Below, one piece after another: positions 10,190 through 18,618 of a DNA stretch of 64,000 nt. The number at the start of each line of letters is the position of its first letter. Within the stretch, counting starts at the first letter, position 1. The DNA lies in contig CP126123.1 in the NCBI GenBank assembly GCA_030123605.1, positions 3,437,237 through 3,501,236 on the forward strand. Reading direction: 5' to 3'. The DNA comes from Nitrospira sp. (GTDB lineage Bacteria; Nitrospirota; Nitrospiria; Nitrospirales; Nitrospiraceae). The translations under genes were made by a program, and so were the position numbers. The notes below the pieces were generated by a model. That model did no database searches, was not told where the DNA came from, and saw nothing but the letters and a program-made list of their open reading frames with translations.

Positions 10190-10306
10190 TCAGCCATCCG
10201 TTCTATAGTCCGGACATTGTACCTCGCCCTTCTCGTGTTGCTTCAGCGTCACGATGATCCACGACTTTTTCCCGCAATCCAGACAGGTGTAGTCGTACAT
10301 GGGCAT
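10190..10306 (-). pseudogene. Truncated FmdB-like zinc-ribbon protein
   Basis: Manual translation MPMYDYTCLDCGKKSWIIVTLKQHEKGEVQCPDYRTDG*; first CxxC intact, second CxxC broken, followed by an early stop. Confidence 0.6.
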
Positions 10307-10317
10307 GGAGCACCGCC

Positions 10318-10863
10318 TCACTGTTCCAGTATGTGGGGAGGTTGAACAATGGTGGCGTGCAGGCCCTTCTCGCCCGGTTCCGTGTCGAACATGACCTCGA
10401 GGCCGTCCTCCAGGTCTTTGAATGTGATGCCCTTGACCGCATTTTTATGAAAATACACTTCCCCGCCTCCGTCTTTGAGGATGAAGCCATATCCCAGCCG
10501 CGGGAACAGCTTGCTCACCACACCGCGGAGCGGCGGGAGCGGTTCGGTCCGCACGACCTTGTGGGCGCGTTTTTCCCGGAACTTCCGCAGTTCGAGCGCC
10601 ACCGCGTCGAAGGCGGCCCTGATCGCCTCCTCGAACGTCTTGTCCTCCTTGCGGGAAGTAATGGTCTGCCTGGTTGGAACCGTCACCAGCACAAGCGCCT
10701 CGGCGACGTTGGCCTGCTTCTTATGGTGTCGATTCTTGGTGAGGGTGACGCGGCTGTGAATGATATCCTCGTGGCCACGCTGCAGGTCGGCCATGCGGTC
10801 CTCAATCTCGGTTTTCCAACGGGGAGTCATGGCGATATTGCGGCTCTCCACTTCCAAGTTCAT
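10318..10863 (-). CDS. HPF/RaiA-like ribosome hibernation domain fused to cold-shock domain
   Basis: N-terminal MNLEVESRNIAMTP...EDKTFEEAIRAAFD (HPF fold) and C-terminal GVVSKLFPRLGYGFI...VYFHKNAV (CSD RNP motifs); GAGGAGG RBS. Confidence 0.85.
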   Translation of the reverse strand: MNLEVESRNIAMTPRWKTEIEDRMADLQRGHEDIIHSRVTLTKNRHHKKQANVAEALVLVTVPTRQTITSRKEDKTFEEAIRAAFDAVALELRKFREKRAHKVVRTEPLPPLRGVVSKLFPRLGYGFILKDGGGEVYFHKNAVKGITFKDLEDGLEVMFDTEPGEKGLHATIVQPPHILEQ

Positions 10864-11140
10864 GGGTGCCTCCTCTCGTCTCACATGGCAACTGTCTCCT
10901 GTCTCAGCAAGGCACATGCCTCCGACGAGATGACCATCGGCCGGCCGGAATGGGCTGAACCGTTGGAAACGAGAGTATTTACCGACCTCGAATGGGAAGG
11001 TCGGGCTACTCATGACCTGATGCTGATGCATAATTCCTCAGTGGTGCGGCGGTCGCTGAAGCTCAATGCACCAGCTGACGATTCGTTTGTCGCTGAAGGA
11101 GGGGATGTTTGTGGGAACGTGTCTTGCTTTTTGGCACGGC

Positions 11141-12226
11141 ATGCCCCTCTTGAAGAAATCTGCGCTCGATGCCTACCTCAAGGCCCGGTTCGGCCCCACC
11201 GCTTCATTGGTCGCCTACGGTCCGATCGGCAAGGAGACCACCGGTGCCAAGTACAAACAGTACGGATACGGTGCTCCGGTACGGTTGACCTTCCGTGTGG
11301 AGGGCAGGGTTCGTCGGGCGGTGTTGGGCACCATGAGTCCCGGTCCCTTCGGCCATGAACATCCAGCCGACCGGGCGCAGGCGATGTTGTGGGACTATGA
11401 TTGCTACGGCCGTCTGCCGCGGCATATCGCGGCACTGGATGTGGGTGCCTTTACCGAGCGTGGCGAGTTGATGTCCGTGGCGGCGGCGAAAGAATTCTTT
11501 CTGCTCACGCAATGGTCGGAGGGTGCCACCTACAACAACGATCTGGAGCGGCTCGCGAGAGCGACCAGGCCGACAGTACTCGACCGGAAGCGGGTGGAGG
11601 CGCTGGCCGATTACCTGGCGACCATCCATCGGGTGAAGCATCGTGATCCGCAGCTCTACCGGCGGCGCCTGCGGGAGTTGCTCGGTCACGGCGAGTGCAT
11701 CATGGGGCTGACCGACAGTTACCCCGATCGGTTCGAGTTCATTTCGGAAGACTTGCTGCAAGCGATCGAAACGGCCTGCAATGGATGGCGTTGGCGTCTG
11801 CGCGGCAAGCACGCTCGCCTGTCGCAGGTACACGGCGATTTCCACCCCTGGAACGTGCTCTTTCGCAAGGGGACCGACTTTTCGGTTCTCGACCGGTCGC
11901 GCGGCGAGTGGGGGGAACCGGCCGACGACGTCACCTCGATGTCGATCAATTATCTGTTCTTCTCCCTCTGCCGACACGGGACTTTGAAGGGACCGCTCGA
12001 AGTGCTGTTTCGATCGTTCTGGGACCGGTATCTGGCGGGCAGCCGCGACCATGGGGTGCTGGACACCACGGCACCGTTCTTTGCCTTCCGAGGTTTGGTA
12101 CTCGCCAGTCCGCTCTGGTATCCGAAATTGACCGTGACCGTGCGGCGGAAGCTGTTCCGGTTCATCGAAAACGTCCTAGCGGCGCCACGGTTCGATCCGG
12201 CCGATGTGAACCGGTATTGCCGATGA
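11141..12226 (+). CDS. Aminoglycoside-phosphotransferase-like (APH/choline kinase superfamily) protein
   Basis: HGDFHPWN catalytic loop; LDRSRGEWGEPADDV metal-binding region. Confidence 0.8.
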   Translation: MPLLKKSALDAYLKARFGPTASLVAYGPIGKETTGAKYKQYGYGAPVRLTFRVEGRVRRAVLGTMSPGPFGHEHPADRAQAMLWDYDCYGRLPRHIAALDVGAFTERGELMSVAAAKEFFLLTQWSEGATYNNDLERLARATRPTVLDRKRVEALADYLATIHRVKHRDPQLYRRRLRELLGHGECIMGLTDSYPDRFEFISEDLLQAIETACNGWRWRLRGKHARLSQVHGDFHPWNVLFRKGTDFSVLDRSRGEWGEPADDVTSMSINYLFFSLCRHGTLKGPLEVLFRSFWDRYLAGSRDHGVLDTTAPFFAFRGLVLASPLWYPKLTVTVRRKLFRFIENVLAAPRFDPADVNRYCR

Positions 12227-12777
12227 TCTCCTCTCCCTTCGCTCTCTGGATCACCGGCCTCCCTGCTTCGGGGAAAAGTTCGATCGTGGCGCGGCTCCTG
12301 CCGAAGCTTGAGGCTTTGGGCATGAACACCGAAGTCTTGGAATCCGACGCGGTCCGTCTCATCCTCACGCCGGTTCCCAGCTACTCACCGGAGGAACGGG
12401 ATCTGTTCTATCGTGCCCTGGCCTTCATGGGCTCGCGACTGGTGGTCCATGGGGCCAATGTGATCTTCGATGCCACGGCGAGCCGGCGCGTCTATCGCGA
12501 GTTCGCCCGCTCATTGATCCCGCAGTTGTTGGAAGTGTCGATCGAATGTCCGCTCTGGGTCTGCATGGAACGCGACAAGAAGGGTACGTACCGACGAGGC
12601 CTGCGAGGCGAGTCTTCTACAGTGCCAGGTCTGCAGGAACCCTATGAAGCGCCGCTCTCGCCGGATTTGAAGATCGATACGACGGTCGTATCTCCGGATA
12701 CCGGAGCAGAACAGATCCTGACCCTCATTCGTTCCCGTCTCGACCGTCCCCTTGCTCAGTCCGGCACCCTTCTATAG
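12223..12777 (+). CDS. P-loop kinase, adenylyl-sulfate-kinase/AAA_33-like
   Basis: WITGLPASGKSS Walker A, LESDAVR, RDKKGTY, PYEAPLSPD; ATGA overlap with the upstream gene. Confidence 0.85.
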   Translation: MISSPFALWITGLPASGKSSIVARLLPKLEALGMNTEVLESDAVRLILTPVPSYSPEERDLFYRALAFMGSRLVVHGANVIFDATASRRVYREFARSLIPQLLEVSIECPLWVCMERDKKGTYRRGLRGESSTVPGLQEPYEAPLSPDLKIDTTVVSPDTGAEQILTLIRSRLDRPLAQSGTLL

Positions 12778-12814
12778 GATGAACGGCGGCACCGCACCAT
12801 AGGGGGAAGGACCT

Positions 12815-14725
12815 ATGCCTGCCTCGCTCGACCATATCCGTCCCGATACACCGATGGGTGCCAACCTCATTGCAGGCGGCGCCACGTTCCGCTGTTGGGC
12901 TCCGCATGCCGAGTCTGTGCATGTGGTCGGCGACTTCAATAACCGCCGGCGCGACAGCGCCTCCCTCCTCACGCGAAACGAGCAGGGCCATTGGTGGGGC
13001 TTCATCCCAGGTGTGAAAGATCGCCAGCACTATATGTTCTATGTCGTCGGCCTCGGCGGCGAGGGGCTCAAGCGCGACCCCTATGCGCGCGAGTTGGAGT
13101 CGCCGTTTCCCAGTCGCTGCGTCGTCCGCCGCACCGACTTTCCCTGGCACGAGAACGGCTACGTCACGCCGCCCTTTCACGAGTTCGTGATCTATCAACT
13201 CCACGTCGGCACTTTTTACACGCCGAACTTGCCGCACAAGGGCGGCACGTTTCTCGACGTGGCCCGCAAGCTGCCCCATCTTGTCGACCTGGGCGTCACG
13301 GCCTTGCAACTCATGCCCATTCAGGAATTTCAAACCGCCTTCAGCCTTGGGTACAACGGTACCGACTACTTTTCGCCCGAGATGGATTTCGCCGTGGTTG
13401 ATGCCGACCTGGCTCACTATGTCGCGGACGTGAACGATCTGCTCGACGCGAAGGGCCAGCGCCGGTACCAGGTGAAAGAGCTGCGAGGCGAAATGAATCA
13501 ACTCAAGGCGCTGGTGGATCTCTGCCACCTGCACGGAATGGCGGTGCTGCTCGACGTGGTCTACAACCACGCAGGCGGGGATTTCGGCGACCAGAGCCTA
13601 TATTTTTTCGATCGGCAAGATCCGGCAGGCGGCCAGCGGAACTCGCTGTACTTTACGGACAAGGGCCATGCGGGCGGCCTCGTGTTCGATTTCGCGAAGC
13701 CGGAGGTGCGTGACTTCCTGATTCACAACGCGAAATTTTTTCTGAACGAATATCGCGTGGACGGATTCCGGTACGACCAGGTGAGCGTGATCGACCATGA
13801 CGGCGCGCCGCAGGGTTGGCGGTTCTGCCAGGACCTCACCTCCACCCTGCATGGGCAGAGGCCGGAAGCGCTGAACCATGCCGAATATTGGAACGTGAAC
13901 CCCTACATCGTGAAGCCGTTGCCGGAAGGGGCCGGATTCGACACGACCCTGACCGACGGCCTGCGCATTGCCGTTCGTGATGTCATCGGGAACGCGAGCG
14001 CGCCGGACGAGCGCCCCCTCGACATGACCGGCCTGGCACGGAGCCTCTGGCCGGGGGGATTCAATGAACAGTGGCGGTTCGTGCAGGGGCCGGAGAATCA
14101 CGACATCGTGTACAACGGTCGAGAGCAACGCATCGCCAGGCTCGGCGATCCGGACCATCCGCGCTCCTGGTTCGCGCGCAGTCGGGCGCGGGTCGCGACA
14201 GGCCTGAGCTTGACTGCGCCGGGAATTCCGATGTTCTTCATGGGCCAGGAGTTCCTGGAAGACAAACAGTGGTCGGACGACTTCGTCGCTCATCACGACC
14301 TGCTCCTCTACTGGGCTGGACTCGATCAAGGCGACAAACAGATGCTCGATCACCTGCGGTTCACAAGGGAATTGCTCGATCTGCGCCGCCGGTCTCCGGC
14401 CCTGCGCGGGCAGGGATTTCGCGTGGTGCATGTCCATGATCGGAATCGCGTACTGGCTTTCCATCGGTGGGTGGAGGGCGAAGGACACGATGTGATCGTG
14501 GTGGCGCACCTGGCCAACTTTACCCGTGCCGGGTATCGCATCGGATTTCCCGGCGCCGGCGATTGGCGTGAGGTGTTCAACAGCGATGTCTATGAGAATT
14601 GGGTCAATGCCGGGGTGATGGGGAACGGCGGGCGCGTGGTCGCCGATCTGCAGCCGTTGCACGGCTTCAACGCGTCGGCGGCGGTCGTGTTGCCCGCGAA
14701 CAGCCTGATGGTGTTTGCGAGGTAG
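12815..14725 (+). CDS. GH13 alpha-amylase family, 1,4-alpha-glucan branching enzyme-like (CBM48 + catalytic domain)
   Basis: FRCWAPHAESVHVVGDFN (CBM48), DVVYNH, DGFRYDQV, ENHD conserved regions. Confidence 0.88.
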   Translation: MPASLDHIRPDTPMGANLIAGGATFRCWAPHAESVHVVGDFNNRRRDSASLLTRNEQGHWWGFIPGVKDRQHYMFYVVGLGGEGLKRDPYARELESPFPSRCVVRRTDFPWHENGYVTPPFHEFVIYQLHVGTFYTPNLPHKGGTFLDVARKLPHLVDLGVTALQLMPIQEFQTAFSLGYNGTDYFSPEMDFAVVDADLAHYVADVNDLLDAKGQRRYQVKELRGEMNQLKALVDLCHLHGMAVLLDVVYNHAGGDFGDQSLYFFDRQDPAGGQRNSLYFTDKGHAGGLVFDFAKPEVRDFLIHNAKFFLNEYRVDGFRYDQVSVIDHDGAPQGWRFCQDLTSTLHGQRPEALNHAEYWNVNPYIVKPLPEGAGFDTTLTDGLRIAVRDVIGNASAPDERPLDMTGLARSLWPGGFNEQWRFVQGPENHDIVYNGREQRIARLGDPDHPRSWFARSRARVATGLSLTAPGIPMFFMGQEFLEDKQWSDDFVAHHDLLLYWAGLDQGDKQMLDHLRFTRELLDLRRRSPALRGQGFRVVHVHDRNRVLAFHRWVEGEGHDVIVVAHLANFTRAGYRIGFPGAGDWREVFNSDVYENWVNAGVMGNGGRVVADLQPLHGFNASAAVVLPANSLMVFAR

Positions 14726-14749
14726 GGAAACGGTCGGGGAGGACGGGTG

Positions 14750-15046
14750 TTACCCGACGTGGATCTCGGTGGGGTGGGCGAAGATCCTCCGCGGGCCGCC
14801 GCGCCGGACCCGACAACGGACCTGCGCTCCGGCAGACAGCCCCGCCTTCTTCGCCGACTCATTCGCCATGTACACCCGTACGACCGTTCCCGCCGCGTCC
14901 GCGAGCAGGTTAGCAAATCCTACCACTGCTTGGGCGCGGCGCACGTGAATCTCCACGACGACGTGCTGAGCCACGTCCGCCGCCGGCGAGACCGACTGCA
15001 CCAACCCCTCCAGGTCCGTCCAATTTTCGATGATCGAGACTGCCAT
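14750..15046 (-). CDS. Small hypothetical protein (possible beta-barrel/OB-like), last gene of the M6/ATP-grasp operon
   Basis: Beta-rich 98-aa ORF co-directional with and overlapping the ATP-grasp gene; alternative start 15055. Confidence 0.55.
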   Translation of the reverse strand: MAVSIIENWTDLEGLVQSVSPAADVAQHVVVEIHVRRAQAVVGFANLLADAAGTVVRVYMANESAKKAGLSAGAQVRCRVRRGGPRRIFAHPTEIHVG

Positions 15047-15986
15047 GGTGCTCATTGTAGGGAGTGAGGAGGTAATCCACAATGGCTTCGGCGATCGGTT
15101 GGCCCGTCTGTTCTTGATAGAAACTGTATGCGGGGGAAGGGTTCACCTCGAAACAATAATAGGCGCCGTCGGGAGTCCGTTTGAGATCGATGCCACAGAG
15201 GGGGAGGTTCAACTCCTGCGAGAGGCGGAGGCAACGAGCGGCGATGTCGTTCGGCAACTCGATCGGCCTCATGGTCAGGTCCTGGCCGTCCCGCGCCGCA
15301 TAACGATAGTCGGTGGCACCGGTCACGATCTCCGTGGCGAACAGGCGCGTTCCGGCCGTGTGCACCCGCAGGTTGACGCCTGGCACGAAGGCCTGGAATT
15401 GAGTGGGAAGGTGCCGCAGCCTCTGCAACCCCCGCCGATCGTTCGGATTGAACTCGCGCACGATGGAGCGAATCGAGCTGATGCTCTTGAAAATGACCCG
15501 GCCGTGCTTCCGGTGAAACGCCACCGCTTCATCGAGGTCGTTCGTCACCAACGTGGTCGGAATCTCGAATCCGCAGCGGTTGATCAACCGGCATTGATAG
15601 GGTTTCGACATGTTGGACGCCATCGCTCCGGGACGGTTGAGCACGCGACAGTCCGCCAGTTCCAGCCATTGACAGAACGCTTCGTGAAAGACCCGCGAAC
15701 GTTCGACTGCCGCCTGGTCCGGGGTGCGATGTCGGAATGTCCGGTTTTCCGGAAGCACGTCGCTGTCGATCATCCGGGAGTAGATCCCTTGAATATCCGA
15801 CAGGCGATAGGTCGCATCACCGATGGCCAACGTGCCGTCGAAGCCCTCTTTGGTGGCGGTCAATCGCAGGCCGAGGTAGTGCGACTCCCGCTGGTTGAGT
15901 AACAGAAACGGCAGCCCGCGTTTCTCCGCCGCCTCGATCGCGAGCCGGAGAGGCTCTTCCGATGGGACACCGCAGAACAGGATCAT
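14910..15986 (-). CDS. RimK/graspetide-synthetase-like ATP-grasp ligase
   Basis: SNMSKPYQ, VIFKSIS, FQAFVPG, DYR, GIDLK, YCFEVNPSP ATP-grasp motifs; ATG at 15986 overlaps the upstream stop (ATGA). The last ~45 aa look like read-through. Confidence 0.88.
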   Translation of the reverse strand: MILFCGVPSEEPLRLAIEAAEKRGLPFLLLNQRESHYLGLRLTATKEGFDGTLAIGDATYRLSDIQGIYSRMIDSDVLPENRTFRHRTPDQAAVERSRVFHEAFCQWLELADCRVLNRPGAMASNMSKPYQCRLINRCGFEIPTTLVTNDLDEAVAFHRKHGRVIFKSISSIRSIVREFNPNDRRGLQRLRHLPTQFQAFVPGVNLRVHTAGTRLFATEIVTGATDYRYAARDGQDLTMRPIELPNDIAARCLRLSQELNLPLCGIDLKRTPDGAYYCFEVNPSPAYSFYQEQTGQPIAEAIVDYLLTPYNEHHGSLDHRKLDGPGGVGAVGLAGGGRGSARRRGDSRAPRPSSGRIC

Positions 15987-16819
15987 GCCGCTACCCTTAT
16001 CTCGGCCAGCGAATCCGCCACGAAGTCGGCTGCCTCCGGCGAAATCTCCGGCAGGGGCGTGGCGCCGCAGAAGCGCCACATGCCGCGCACCATACCTAGG
16101 TGGATCTCCAGGAGATGGTCTCCGCTCAGGCCCGCCAGTCTCGCGCAGGCCTCCGCACTTGCGCCGGGCGGCAGGCCGAGGCAACGTTCGCCGGCAACGA
16201 GGACGCGGCGGCGAGGTCCATCCACCTGCTCTAGGTATTGTACGGGAGCCCGTCCCAGGAGTTCCGGCCGCAGGATCGGCGGCGGATCATCCGTCCCCGC
16301 GCCGTTGTGGATCGCCACATGCGGCATGAACTCTGGGCGACGGAAGCGACGGGCCTCGCTCACCAGCTCGAATCCCCTGGTCGGCAGGCCGGCGCTTGCC
16401 GCCAGTGTCATCCATTCCAATCGGCTGCGGTCCGCCCCGCAGAGGCCGCGCGGACCGGCTCGGTTCACGACCGGGCAGGACAGGCCGGCGAGCCAGCTCA
16501 ATAGCAAGGCCTGCATCTCCGTGACGGCGTACTCGCGATCGGCCGGTTTCGACCCTTCGAACTGGGGCATGTCGAGTTGCTGGATGCGCTGAAACACCAC
16601 CCCCACCCGGTCGCTCTCGATGTGTCTGCCGTCGGCCAACGTCAACTTCGTACCGATGCCCGTGGAGTCCAGGGTATGGCTCCAGCGAGGAGCCAGGGCC
16701 AGCTCCTCGCCGGAGGCCAACTCGACCGCGTCCGCTCCGAGTCGTTTGCGCAGGGCACAGTAGACCCGCACGGCGGACCGGTCGTGGATGGGGCACAGGA
16801 CGAGGCAAGGTGCCTGCAT
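15983..16819 (-). CDS. Degenerate ATP-grasp-like protein
   Basis: DREYAVTEMQALLLSWLAGLSCPVVN parallels the neighbour's QWLELADCRVLN pre-grasp segment; the catalytic ExN motif is not seen. Confidence 0.6.
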   Translation of the reverse strand: MQAPCLVLCPIHDRSAVRVYCALRKRLGADAVELASGEELALAPRWSHTLDSTGIGTKLTLADGRHIESDRVGVVFQRIQQLDMPQFEGSKPADREYAVTEMQALLLSWLAGLSCPVVNRAGPRGLCGADRSRLEWMTLAASAGLPTRGFELVSEARRFRRPEFMPHVAIHNGAGTDDPPPILRPELLGRAPVQYLEQVDGPRRRVLVAGERCLGLPPGASAEACARLAGLSGDHLLEIHLGMVRGMWRFCGATPLPEISPEAADFVADSLAEIRVAA

Positions 16820-16824
16820 GAGGC

Positions 16825-18618
16825 TCAGCCCTCCCGCATCTTACTGTCGTAGAGCCGCTTGGCTTCCGCCGCGCCTTCCCGCATGCGTGCCTGCATTTCC
16901 TCGCAGTCGGATTCCGAGGCCAGCGCGCTTTCCCGCAGATCCGGGCGCAGGTCGCCCGTGATGTAGGGCTCGATGCTCTGCATCATGGATTCGAGGCGGG
17001 AGACGCGGTCCTCCAGGTCCGGTTCGGCCCCCGCCGTCCTCAACCCACCGGGAGGGCGTCCCTCGACGAGGTCCTTGTCCTTTTCCTTGATCTCCTTGAA
17101 GTCTTTCTCCTTCTCCTTAAGGATTTCCTTTCGTTCCTTGATCTCTTTTTCTTTGATCTCCTTGAACCCCTCTTTCCGGTCCTTCTCCTTGATGAACTCC
17201 TTGCGTTCCTTCTCCTTGATGAATTCCTTCCGTTCCTTGATCTCTTTGATCTTGCACTTGACGGCCAGTCGCGCCGTCATCGTGGCTCCGGACGAACCGA
17301 TATTGGTGATAGAGACGCAGGTGTTCACGTTGCCGTAGGACTTCGAATCCGGGTTGGAGGTGGCGTTGAAGGTCACGTTGTTGGCCGATCCGGGATAGGG
17401 ATCGCCGGCATCGCCGCGGTTGGCGCCGGTCGTGAGGTGCTTCAATCCGTCCGCCTGCATCAATGCAACCTGCGGATGGTTCTCATTCGAGTTGCCGCCG
17501 ACGGCTTCATCGACGTGGTAGACCAGCAGGCCCGGACCTGGGAGCATCTTGTCATAGGCCGTCTTTTGGCGATTCTCGACGAGAAAGTACTCATTGCCCG
17601 GCGCCCCGTCCTTCCAGAGCCGGTAGACGGCATGCCCGGTTTTGACGTCGGTGATCGAGACGGTTTGATTGGTCGTTTGGTTCACCACGGACACCCAGCC
17701 CTGGTTGACCTTGCACCAGGCGGAGGGGTGCGCCGGGATGTCGCCGCCGCCGTTCCAGCTGCCGCCCGCCATGAGGCACCAGTTGCCCAGGCCCTCGGAC
17801 GAGTAGTCGGTGTCGTAGAGGTCGGGCCATCCGAAGATCAGGTGCCCGAGTTCGTGGCAACAGACCCCGATCTTGCAGTCTTCCGGCACCGTCAGGTAGG
17901 CATAGATCTTCGTTCCGTCGGCGTTGTACGCGCCGCCGGACAGGACCCACTTGTGAGACCAGATATCGTTGACGTTCCCCGTTTGCTCCGCGCCCCCGCC
18001 GGCATGCAGCACCACGAAGGCATCCACGAACCCGTTGCCGTCGTTGTCGTATTGCGCGAAGTTGACGGTGGGGTTGGAGGCGTCGGCGGCATCCTTCGCC
18101 ATGGTGCGGGCGTTGGGCTCGACGTTGCCCGTGCCGGAGTCGCCGTGCGCATATTCGCTGAGCTTCTTGGGCATGCGGAAAGGCCCGACGACCTCGCCGA
18201 CCATATCGATCAGGCCGTGCGTGACTTCTTTGTAGTAGTCACGCACGCTGCCGTTCGGCAGGACTCCGGTCGAAAAGAACAGATCTTCGAAATGCTTCTT
18301 CGTCTTGGTCATCGGCTTGTCGGAAAAGTCGACCAGCACGACGATGACGCGGACGGTCCCGCGGAGCGGGGCCCGGTCGAGTGCGCCGTTCCGGACCGTA
18401 CGGGCCGATGTCCCGAGGGGATAATGGTCGCCGGGAAAGATCAACCCGTCGTCCATGCCGACGGGTTTGTTGCGGGCAATACGGAGCATGTTGGAAAACG
18501 CGGTTCTGGTCCTGCCTTTGGCCTTGTCCAGGTCGGCCTTCAGCTTTTTCTCCAAGTCGGGATGGGGAGCCACCAGACAGCGTTCGGAGTAACAGTGCAC
18601 GATCTTCCTCGATTCCAT
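16825..18618 (-). CDS. M6 family (immune inhibitor A-like) metalloprotease with C-terminal Lys/Glu repeat tail
   Basis: VIVVLVDFSD, DNDGNGFVD, IWSHKW, HELGH zinc motif, PDLYD, WCLMAGGSW, EYFLVENRQ; GAGGAGGT RBS before ATG 18618; no signal peptide apparent. Confidence 0.92.
   Translation of the reverse strand: MESRKIVHCYSERCLVAPHPDLEKKLKADLDKAKGRTRTAFSNMLRIARNKPVGMDDGLIFPGDHYPLGTSARTVRNGALDRAPLRGTVRVIVVLVDFSDKPMTKTKKHFEDLFFSTGVLPNGSVRDYYKEVTHGLIDMVGEVVGPFRMPKKLSEYAHGDSGTGNVEPNARTMAKDAADASNPTVNFAQYDNDGNGFVDAFVVLHAGGGAEQTGNVNDIWSHKWVLSGGAYNADGTKIYAYLTVPEDCKIGVCCHELGHLIFGWPDLYDTDYSSEGLGNWCLMAGGSWNGGGDIPAHPSAWCKVNQGWVSVVNQTTNQTVSITDVKTGHAVYRLWKDGAPGNEYFLVENRQKTAYDKMLPGPGLLVYHVDEAVGGNSNENHPQVALMQADGLKHLTTGANRGDAGDPYPGSANNVTFNATSNPDSKSYGNVNTCVSITNIGSSGATMTARLAVKCKIKEIKERKEFIKEKERKEFIKEKDRKEGFKEIKEKEIKERKEILKEKEKDFKEIKEKDKDLVEGRPPGGLRTAGAEPDLEDRVSRLESMMQSIEPYITGDLRPDLRESALASESDCEEMQARMREGAAEAKRLYDSKMREG
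17071..17253 (-). repeat. Coding K-E repeat tract including a 2x27-bp tandem repeat (17181-17234)
   Basis: 61 aa KIKEIKERKEFIKEKERKEFIKEKDRKEGFKEIKEKEIKERKEILKEKEKDFKEIKEKDKD; counted 22 K and 21 E/D. Confidence 0.95.

Noticed and set aside
12223-12777. Assigning cysC to the P-loop kinase
   Set aside because: No sulfate-assimilation genes nearby, and it is coupled to an APH-like gene; substrate uncertain.
17071-17253. Tandem repeats as a possible CRISPR array or VNTR
   Set aside because: The units are in-frame coding repeats without unique spacers, and no cas genes are present.
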